From an uncultured Candidatus Saccharibacteria bacterium (GTDB taxonomy: Bacteria > Patescibacteriota > Minisyncoccia > Minisyncoccales > GWA2-38-27): a stretch of DNA of 56,714 nt. Made by a program: the position numbers and the translations under genes. Shown here piece after piece: positions 7,721-13,903 of this stretch (its first letter is position 1; the number at the start of each line of letters is the position of its first letter). Under the pieces are notes generated by a model that saw only the letters and a program-made list of their open reading frames with translations, was not told the origin of the DNA and searched no databases. Location: NCBI GenBank assembly GCA_964391095.1, contig CAYMJA010000004.1, positions 1 through 56,714 of the forward strand, written 5' to 3'.

Positions 7721-8302
7721 ATGATAATTATTATCGGTCTCGGTAATCCTGGGAAAAAATATAAAAATACCCGGCATAATATTGGTTTTCAAATTATTGA
7801 TGAATTTAGAAAAAAGAATGATTTGCCTGAATTTAAATTGTCTAAAAAATTTAATGCTTTAATTTCTAAAGAATTTTTTGTCAAAAAAGAAATTATTTTA
7901 GTTAAACCCCAGACATTTATGAATAATTCCGGTAAAGCAGTAAAGGCAATTTTCAATTTTCAATTTTCAAACAAAAGTTTAATTATTATTCATGATGATA
8001 TTGATTTGCCTTTAGGGAAAATCAAAATTGTTAAAAAGCGAGGGTCAGCAGGACATAAAGGAGTGCAATCAATAATTGATGAGTTAGGAACAAAAAACTT
8101 TGTTAGATTAAGAGTTGGGATTAAAGCAACGAACAGCGAACAGCAAACAAAGAACAATTTAAATGTTGAAAAATTCGTTCTTCAAAAATTCGAAAAATCA
8201 GAAGAAAAAATTGTAAAAGAAGTAATTAGACAAAGCTGTCAAGCAATCAAACTGGCAATCAAGGGGGGAATAGAAAAAGCAATGCAAAAATTCAACATTT
8301 AG
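7721..8302 (+). CDS. pth: peptidyl-tRNA hydrolase
   Basis: IIGLGNPGKKYKNTRHNIGF, SGKAV, HDDIDLPLGKIKI, GHKGVQSI. Confidence 0.95.
   Translation: MIIIIGLGNPGKKYKNTRHNIGFQIIDEFRKKNDLPEFKLSKKFNALISKEFFVKKEIILVKPQTFMNNSGKAVKAIFNFQFSNKSLIIIHDDIDLPLGKIKIVKKRGSAGHKGVQSIIDELGTKNFVRLRVGIKATNSEQQTKNNLNVEKFVLQKFEKSEEKIVKEVIRQSCQAIKLAIKGGIEKAMQKFNI
8130..8157 (+). repeat. in-frame heptamer tract CGAACAG CGAACAG CAAACAA AGAACAA inside pth
   Basis: Same unit as the arm of the 5296/54908 element. Encodes part of ATNSEQQTKNN in a variable Pth loop. Confidence 0.6.
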
Positions 8303-8304
8303 TA

Positions 8305-8340
8305 GATAAAAAAAGAGTTGGCAATTACTTAACCAACTCT
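8305..8340 (-). terminator. intrinsic terminator of the 8386-9136 gene pair
   Basis: AGAGTTGG/CCAACTCT stem followed on the minus strand by TTTTTTTA. Confidence 0.7.
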
Positions 8341-8385
8341 TGGGGTAATGGAAATCTTATCTTTGTCTCTGTTCTTCAACTACTA

Positions 8386-8721
8386 TTAAACGACTATTAA
8401 GGGGACAGTTGGAGCGGCGTAATGAATGAATTGTGCCATTTGTGGGTCTACGAAAATTCTTTTTGGTCCTTTCTTAGTTGAAAAATCCAAGCTACCCATA
8501 ATGGTCGTTTTTATAAGAAATAGGTCGCCCTCAAAGACAGCCCTTGAGAAACTTAGATTACCCCCGAAGGTCGCCTCTGAGAAATTTAGTTCCTGTTTCC
8601 CTTTAATCGTTATATTTGAGAACAACAGATTGCCATCGATAATAATTCCTCCAAAATTTCTATATCCCCTATTTAATTTTTTTCTTATCTCATTAATAGC
8701 CGGTTCTGTTATTTTAGCCAT
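8386..8721 (-). CDS. hypothetical protein with pentapeptide-repeat-like core
   Basis: Five-residue periodicity in ATFGGNLSFSRAVFEGDLFLIKTTIMGSLDFS. ATG lies 1 nt after the upstream stop, and its SD is GGAGGAGGAGG inside the upstream gene. Confidence 0.5.
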   Translation of the reverse strand: MAKITEPAINEIRKKLNRGYRNFGGIIIDGNLLFSNITIKGKQELNFSEATFGGNLSFSRAVFEGDLFLIKTTIMGSLDFSTKKGPKRIFVDPQMAQFIHYAAPTVPLIVV

Positions 8722-8722
8722 C

Positions 8723-9136
8723 TTACCTCCTCCTCCATAGTTTTTTGAAACATCTTAAAAAACATTGCCAGAAAGTCAATTGTGGTTTCCTCAGCTCTTC
8801 TTCCCAGTTCCATAATCTCCTCAGTTGTTTGGAATACAAAATGTCGGTAAGCCAGGTTAAATAGACGAGTTGATAATAGATAGGGTCGGAAGTTTTAATG
8901 GAAGAATAAATATCTTTGTACCTTCCTAAATTCCATTCCGGAAATTTAGAAGAATACTTTTTCAACCATTTGTTGGTTCGCTGACGAATCTTAGATTTAT
9001 TTCTTCTTAAGAAAAGAGAGTTAAGGTAATTTTTCTGATTCTTCAACAGTTCCCAAACTTCCCTTTCTCCAACACCAAATTTTCGGGCTAATTTGGGAAC
9101 TATATTTTTCAACAGTTCTTGTTTTTCCAAATCCAT
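8723..9136 (-). CDS. hypothetical protein (basic, Trp-rich)
   Basis: 137-aa ORF with strong SD (GGAAGGAGG, 8 nt before the ATG). I recognise no family. Confidence 0.5.
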   Translation of the reverse strand: MDLEKQELLKNIVPKLARKFGVGEREVWELLKNQKNYLNSLFLRRNKSKIRQRTNKWLKKYSSKFPEWNLGRYKDIYSSIKTSDPIYYQLVYLTWLTDILYSKQLRRLWNWEEELRKPQLTFWQCFLRCFKKLWRRR

Positions 9137-9195
9137 AATTTCTACCTCCTTCCTGCGTCATTTCATTTTTTAAAAGGACTAATTTCTACATTTCT

Positions 9196-9224
9196 GATTT
9201 AACATATTTAGATAAAAATGTCAA
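9196..9224 (-). promoter_or_regulatory. possible promoter TTGACA-17-TAAATC for the 8386-9136 gene pair
   Basis: Reverse-strand TTGACA at 9219-9224. The -10 is weak. Confidence 0.35.
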
Positions 9225-9237
9225 ATTTTATTAAGAT

Positions 9238-10173
9238 ATGGAAAAGGACATAAAAAAAATAACAATAGAAAATAAAAACTACCCGAAAGCACTAAGAGAA
9301 ATTAAGAAGGTGCCGAAAACCCTTTATTTTAAGGGAGAGATAAAATCTAATGAACTCTGTTTTGCTATAGTGGGAACAAGAAGATGTTCTTCTTATGGAA
9401 AACAAGTAGCTCTGGAAATTGCTGGAAACTTGGCTGAAGCAGGAATTACTATCGTTAGCGGCTTGGCTCCGGGAATTGATACTTTTGCTCATACAGCCGT
9501 AGTTGAACAAGGAAAAAGAACAATCGCTGTACTCGGCACAGGCCTTGATGAAAAAAGTATTTATCCAAAAGAAAATATCAAATTAGCTAACAAAATCGTT
9601 GAATTAGGGGGCTGCCTGATTTCAGAATATCCTCCGGGGACTCCGGGCAGCCGCTTTACTTTCCCTGACAGAAATCGAATAATTTCTGGCCTTTCTTTAG
9701 GCGCCTTAGTAGTTGAAGCTAAAGAAAAAAGCGGGGCTTTAATTACAGCAAATTATGCTCTTTCCCAAAAAAGAAAACTTTTCGCTATACCTGGTCCAAT
9801 CTATGCTTTAAACTCTCAGGGTCCTCATATCTTAATAAAAAAAGGGGCAAAGTTAGTTGACAATGCTAATGATATTTTGCAAGAATTAAACCTGCCCGCA
9901 TCGTTACGCTCGCCCGAAGATGCTGCATCGCTGCGAGCGGACGAAACGTTGCAGGCGGGTTTACTAACTCCGCCACCGCTAAGCCGAGACGGACCCCAAA
10001 CCCTTGAAGAAAATCTAATTTTAAATACTCTAAAAGAAGAGACCTTAGGGATTGACAAGATTATTGAGAAAACAAAATTAAAGGCAGCGACAGTAGCCAG
10101 TATTCTTACTGTTTTAGAAATAAAAGGAAGAATAAGAAATTTAGGGAGCAATATTTATGGGCTATCGCGCTGA
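9238..10173 (+). CDS. dprA: DNA-processing protein DprA (Smf)
   Basis: Rossmann-like core GLAPGIDTFAHTAVVEQGKRTIAVLGTGLD and FPDRNRIISGLS, plus a C-terminal winged-helix segment. Carries an in-frame GC-rich insert at 9891-9959. Confidence 0.9.
   Translation: MEKDIKKITIENKNYPKALREIKKVPKTLYFKGEIKSNELCFAIVGTRRCSSYGKQVALEIAGNLAEAGITIVSGLAPGIDTFAHTAVVEQGKRTIAVLGTGLDEKSIYPKENIKLANKIVELGGCLISEYPPGTPGSRFTFPDRNRIISGLSLGALVVEAKEKSGALITANYALSQKRKLFAIPGPIYALNSQGPHILIKKGAKLVDNANDILQELNLPASLRSPEDAASLRADETLQAGLLTPPPLSRDGPQTLEENLILNTLKEETLGIDKIIEKTKLKAATVASILTVLEIKGRIRNLGSNIYGLSR
9891..9959 (+). repeat. in-frame 69-nt GC-rich palindromic insert in dprA
   Basis: CCTGCCCGCATCGTTACGCTCGC...GCGAGCGGACGAAACGTTGCAGGCGGG, exactly 23 codons (LPASLRSPEDAASLRADETLQAG). 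Confidence 0.75.
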
Positions 10174-10198
10174 GAAATAATTAGAAATTAGAAATTTT

Positions 10199-12328
10199 AT
10201 GCAGCTTAATTCAAGATTATATGATGATACCTTAGCGAATCAAGGTTCTGCGAGCGTTAGCGAGCAGGTTCTTATAATAGTAGAAAGTCCAACGAAATCT
10301 CACACAATCGAACGCTTCTTAGGGCCGGGATATAGGGTTCTGTCTTCTTTTGGGCATATCCGAGATCTGCCAAAAGATGAACTTGGGATTGATGTTGAGC
10401 ATAACTTCAAACCAAAATACGTTATTCCCTCAAAATCAAAAAAAATTATCTTAAATTTAAAAAAAGAGGCGCAAAAAACAGAGAAAACCATAATCGCCAC
10501 CGATGAAGATAGAGAAGGAGAATCTATTGCCTGGCATCTCAGCCAGGTCCTTGATTTAAAAAATCCTCAACGAATTGTTTTTCACGAAATTACCAAATCT
10601 GCCATTGAAGAGGCCTTGAAAAATCCCAGACCAATTGATATCAATTTAGTTAATGCCCAGCAGGCAAGAAGAATCTTAGATAGAATCGTTGGTTACAAAC
10701 TTTCGCCATTTCTGTGGAAAAAAGTGGCCAGAAGATTATCTGCCGGGAGGGTTCAATCGGTTGCGGTAAGATTGGTGGTAGAAAGAGAAAGAGAAATTAA
10801 AAATTTTAAACCAACAGAATATTGGTCAATCGTCGCCACACTCCTCAAACTCAAAACTCACTCCAATCTATCGATTTCGGAAATCAATAGATTTGAAGCG
10901 ACTTTGGTCAAAAAAGGTGAAAAAACAATTCCTAAGTTTGGAATTAAATCAAAAAAAGAAGCGGATAAAATTACTAAAGGCCTAAAAGGAGCTGAATACA
11001 AAATTGAAAGAATTGAAAAAAAAGAAATAAAAAAGAATCCTCTGCCGCCTTTCACTACCAGCACCTTACAGCAAGAGTCCTGGAAAAGATTCAGATTTCC
11101 AGCAAAATTTACTATGCAGATTGCCCAACAACTCTACGAAAAAGGACACATTAGCTACCATCGAACAGATTCTTTAAATCTTTCTCAACAATCTCTATTT
11201 GCTGCTAAAAAATTTATTGAAAGTAATTTTGGCAAAGAATATCGGGCTGGTTTTTTTAGAAAATATAAGGCAAAAGGCAAAGTTCAAGAAGCCCACGAGG
11301 CAATAAGACCGACCCTTGCAAGCAAAACCCCTGATACCTTAAAATTAAAAGCCAAATTGGATAACAATCAATATCGCCTTTATGACCTTATCTGGCGAAG
11401 ATTTATTTCATCACAAATGGCCCAAGCTATTTTTGATTCTACTTCAATAGAAATTTTGGCCAGAAATTATACTTTTCGGGCTGCTGGCCAAATGTTAAAA
11501 TTTGATGGATTTCTAAAAGTTTACCCTATCAAATTCAAAGAAAATGAACTACCCGTTTTAGAAAAAGAAGAAATCCTAAAACTTATAAAACTAATCCCCT
11601 CTCAACACTCTACCCAGCCGCCTCCCAGATATAGCGAAGCCACTTTAATTAAAACTTTAGAAGAAAATGGAATTGGCCGTCCTTCAACTTATGCTCCGAC
11701 ATTATCAACAATTCAAAAAAGAAATTATGTTGAAAAAGACCAACAAAGGAAATTTTTTCCTACTGAAATCGGAACAGTGGTTAATGATCTTTTGGCAAAA
11801 CACTTTTCAAAAATTGTAGATATTAAATTTACTGCTGAAATGGAAGAGGATTTAGATAGAATTGCTTTAGGAAAAGAAAAATGGACTAAGATTTGCCAAA
11901 ACTTTTATAAGCCATTTGAAGAGAATCTTCAGAAAAAATATCAGGAAGTTTCTAAAAAGGACATTACTGAAAAACCGACCGGAAAAAAATGCCCAAAATG
12001 CGACGCTCCCCTGCTAATTCGCCTGGGGAAATTTGGGAGATTTTACGCTTGTTCTAAATTTCCAAAATGTAGATACACCGAATCCTTAGAAGAAAAATCT
12101 CTCAAGATAAAATGCCCGAAATGTAATAAAGGCAATATGGTTGAAAAAAGAACTAAAAAAGGAAAAGTATTTTACGGCTGCGACCGCTTTCCGAAATGCG
12201 ACTTTGCCTTATGGGATAAACCAACCGGAGAAAAATGCCCCAAATGCGGTTCTTTGCTGGTTGAAAAAGGAAAAAAAATAAAATGTTCTAACAAAGATTG
12301 CCAATTTGAAAAAAATATGGCAGAATAA
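10199..12328 (+). CDS. topA: DNA topoisomerase I (type IA) with three C-terminal zinc ribbons
   Basis: Toprim LIIVESPTKSHTIERFLG and DEDREGE. Active-site region ISYHRTDS. Repeated CPKC...C..C fingers. The first about 24 codons are an atypical extension, so the start is uncertain. Confidence 0.9.
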   Translation: MQLNSRLYDDTLANQGSASVSEQVLIIVESPTKSHTIERFLGPGYRVLSSFGHIRDLPKDELGIDVEHNFKPKYVIPSKSKKIILNLKKEAQKTEKTIIATDEDREGESIAWHLSQVLDLKNPQRIVFHEITKSAIEEALKNPRPIDINLVNAQQARRILDRIVGYKLSPFLWKKVARRLSAGRVQSVAVRLVVEREREIKNFKPTEYWSIVATLLKLKTHSNLSISEINRFEATLVKKGEKTIPKFGIKSKKEADKITKGLKGAEYKIERIEKKEIKKNPLPPFTTSTLQQESWKRFRFPAKFTMQIAQQLYEKGHISYHRTDSLNLSQQSLFAAKKFIESNFGKEYRAGFFRKYKAKGKVQEAHEAIRPTLASKTPDTLKLKAKLDNNQYRLYDLIWRRFISSQMAQAIFDSTSIEILARNYTFRAAGQMLKFDGFLKVYPIKFKENELPVLEKEEILKLIKLIPSQHSTQPPPRYSEATLIKTLEENGIGRPSTYAPTLSTIQKRNYVEKDQQRKFFPTEIGTVVNDLLAKHFSKIVDIKFTAEMEEDLDRIALGKEKWTKICQNFYKPFEENLQKKYQEVSKKDITEKPTGKKCPKCDAPLLIRLGKFGRFYACSKFPKCRYTESLEEKSLKIKCPKCNKGNMVEKRTKKGKVFYGCDRFPKCDFALWDKPTGEKCPKCGSLLVEKGKKIKCSNKDCQFEKNMAE
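10233..10275 (+). repeat. GGTTCT-bracketed mini-element, copy 2, inside the annotated 5' end of topA
   Basis: TAGCGAATCAAGGTTCTG-CGAGCGTTAGCGAGCA-GGTTCTTAT. Confidence 0.6.
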
Positions 12329-12354
12329 ATTATCTGCCACAGAATAGATTATCT

Positions 12355-12438
12355 GCCGCGGTGGCGGAATTGGTTTACGCGTACGATTCAAAATCGTATA
12401 GGAGAAATCCTGTGTGGGTTCGAGTCCCACCCGCGGCA
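12355..12438 (+). tRNA. tRNA-Leu (anticodon CAA), long variable arm, CCA not encoded
   Basis: Hand-folded cloverleaf. Acceptor GCCGCGG/CCGCGGC. Anticodon stem TACGA/TCGTA with loop TTCAAAA. Variable arm AGGA/TCCT. T arm GTGGG-TTCGAGT-CCCAC. Discriminator A. Confidence 0.9.
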
Positions 12439-12559
12439 CAATGGAAACTTTAAGCGCTGGAAGTGCTTACAAATTTTCATTTTGGATGAGGATGTGGCGA
12501 GAATCCAACCTCCCGAATTGCGACGAGCGAAGTGAGGAGGTAATGCCTTCGGGCAACTT

Positions 12560-12580
12560 TTCGAGTTCCACCCGCGGCAC
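12560..12580 (+). repeat. direct repeat of the tRNA-Leu 3' end (20 of 21 nt identical to 12419-12439)
   Basis: TTCGAGTTCCACCCGCGGCAC compared with TTCGAGTCCCACCCGCGGCAC. The 120-nt interval between the copies is GC-rich. Confidence 0.85.
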
Positions 12581-12597
12581 TAGAACCACTTTTGAAT

Positions 12598-12626
12598 TTG
12601 ACAAAAAATTAGTATTCTGATATATT
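12598..12626 (+). promoter_or_regulatory. sigma70-like promoter TTGACA-17-TATATT
   Basis: TTGACA at 12598-12603 and TATATT at 12621-12626, upstream of the 12781 ORF. Confidence 0.55.
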
Positions 12627-12780
12627 GTAAATAAATAATAAATATCATTTTTGAACCTTAAAAAATAAAAAATATCAGAAAGGAAAGGAGATGAAAAAAG
12701 CTATATTTTAATCTTTGCGAAATTTCAGTCCGTGAGGACATTGGAAAGAAACTTAAAAGATAGAAAAGGAGGAATTACTT

Positions 12781-13074
12781 ATGGCTCGTTCAAGATTTAG
12801 CGGTAATGGAAAAGAAGAAGTTTTCGTAGTAATGACTAAAAATTTCAAGGTGTTTGTTGCCAACACTAAGAAAGGAATAAGGATGTGGATTAAGCAACGA
12901 GCTATTGCAAGGCATAATTTCGGCTTATTTCTATGCTGGCCTGATAAAAAAAACAACACGATAAGAATAACAACGATTGAAAGACCAAAGTTTTACCTAA
13001 CGAAGAAACGGCTTAATGCCTTAAGTGCTGCCTGTGTTTATTTTTTGACAAAACAAAGAGCACAAATGGAATAA
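12781..13074 (+). CDS. hypothetical protein (97 aa)
   Basis: Strong SD AAAGGAGG 8 nt upstream of the ATG and an intrinsic terminator 22 nt after the stop. No family recognised. Confidence 0.5.
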   Translation: MARSRFSGNGKEEVFVVMTKNFKVFVANTKKGIRMWIKQRAIARHNFGLFLCWPDKKNNTIRITTIERPKFYLTKKRLNALSAACVYFLTKQRAQME

Positions 13075-13095
13075 AATTTTGATTCTATCTCATAT

Positions 13096-13129
13096 AGGAC
13101 TTACGATATTAGTAAGTCCTCTTTTTTTT
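13096..13129 (+). terminator. intrinsic terminator
   Basis: AGGACTTAC-GATATTA-GTAAGTCCT followed by a run of eight T. Confidence 0.8.
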
Positions 13130-13220
13130 AGTTTTTCACTTCCACGACTATTTTACATATGTAAAATATTTACCCACAGAGACCTCGTCTCTGTTATTTC
13201 TCTGTTATTTTCCTCCATAT

Positions 13221-13257
13221 TAAAAAAAGGGACTGATATTTATACAACATCAGTCCT
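13221..13257 (-). terminator. intrinsic terminator of the 118-aa pilin-like gene
   Basis: On the minus strand, GGACTGAT/ATCAGTCC stem followed by TTTTTTT, 20 nt after the stop. Confidence 0.75.
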
Positions 13258-13277
13258 AAAAATTGAAGACCAATTCA

Positions 13278-13634
13278 CTATGGTTTACTACCTATTCCGC
13301 TTGCCCCAATTGTTTCACCTTCTTTGTACCTGATAAAGGTTTTGTCACCTACCATTGCGCGTTTGACTTCCCCTGTTTCTGAATTCTCAAGAATGAAGTA
13401 GTGAAGGTGACCACCTACTGAAGCGGGCACGCGTTCCCTCACAACCCAGCCATTCCACCCTTGAATGAACTTCTGAGTGAAGTCTTCAGCTTGTGAAGAC
13501 TTCCTGCGGTACAGAGAGACGCCGGATCTTACAAACATGATGGTTCCAATGATGAAAAAAATCATCAAAATGGCTACAATAACAAGCAATAGGTCGAGCC
13601 GATTAAACCCTTTTGATTTCCTCAAACTTTTCAT
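13278..13634 (-). CDS. small protein with degenerate prepilin-like N-terminal signal/anchor
   Basis: MKSLRKSKGFNRLDLLLVIVAILMIFF... has a basic leader, Gly, then a hydrophobic helix with Asp at +5. It shares its promoter, leader, N-terminus and RKSSQAE linker with the 13904-15220 gene. Confidence 0.6.
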   Translation of the reverse strand: MKSLRKSKGFNRLDLLLVIVAILMIFFIIGTIMFVRSGVSLYRRKSSQAEDFTQKFIQGWNGWVVRERVPASVGGHLHYFILENSETGEVKRAMVGDKTFIRYKEGETIGASGIGSKP

Positions 13635-13768
13635 AATTCATCACTCCTTTCTTGAATTGTCTTATATTCAGTTCTCAAAGAACTATTTTTTAGAAGATAC
13701 CATATTAAAAAATATCTGTCAAGTTTTTGTATAAGTCTGTTGTAGTTGTAAAAGATGCAAATTGTCAG
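13487..13768 (-). repeat. duplicated 5' module, copy 1 (promoter, leader, SD, signal/anchor, linker)
   Basis: Aligns by eye with 15088-15360. Long identical runs include TTCTTGAATTGTCTTATATTCAGTTCTCAAAGAACTAT and ATATTAAAAAATATCTGTCAAGTTTTTGTA. Confidence 0.85.
13694..13722 (-). promoter_or_regulatory. sigma70-like promoter TTGACA-17-TATCTT
   Basis: Reverse-strand TTGACA (13717-13722) and TATCTT (13694-13699). Duplicated at 15290-15318. Confidence 0.6.
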
Positions 13769-13841
13769 AGGATAGACCTTAGACACACTCCGACAGTTTT
13801 TTTCTACAAAGTTGTTTGAAAGCATATATTTTTACTTTGAT

Positions 13842-13875
13842 AAAATAAAAAAAGGTGGAGAACAAGTCTCCACCT
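13842..13875 (-). terminator. intrinsic terminator of the pilin-NamZ-like gene
   Basis: 9-bp stem AGGTGGAGA/TCTCCACCT with a 5-nt loop, followed on the minus strand by a T-rich run. Confidence 0.8.
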
Positions 13876-13903
13876 GAATTACTAATCGATTAAGCCGACT
13901 GAC

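Noticed and set aside
12414-12620. 68-aa ORF (and the 12209-12439 minus-strand ORF) overlapping tRNA-Leu.
   Set aside because: It reads through the tRNA T-arm and its duplicated 3' end, which is why SPTRGT and STRGT appear in the translation. The tRNA fold explains the sequence better.
12691-12711. 6-codon upstream ORF (MKKAIF) in the leader of the 12781 gene.
   Set aside because: The GGAG abuts the ATG with no spacer. Such an ORF is easily produced by chance in A-rich sequence.
13079-13333. Track ORFs 13079-13333 (+), 13477-13734 (+) and 13631-13825 (-).
   Set aside because: They run across terminator hairpins, promoters and leaders of the pilin-like genes. They have no SD and are low-complexity.
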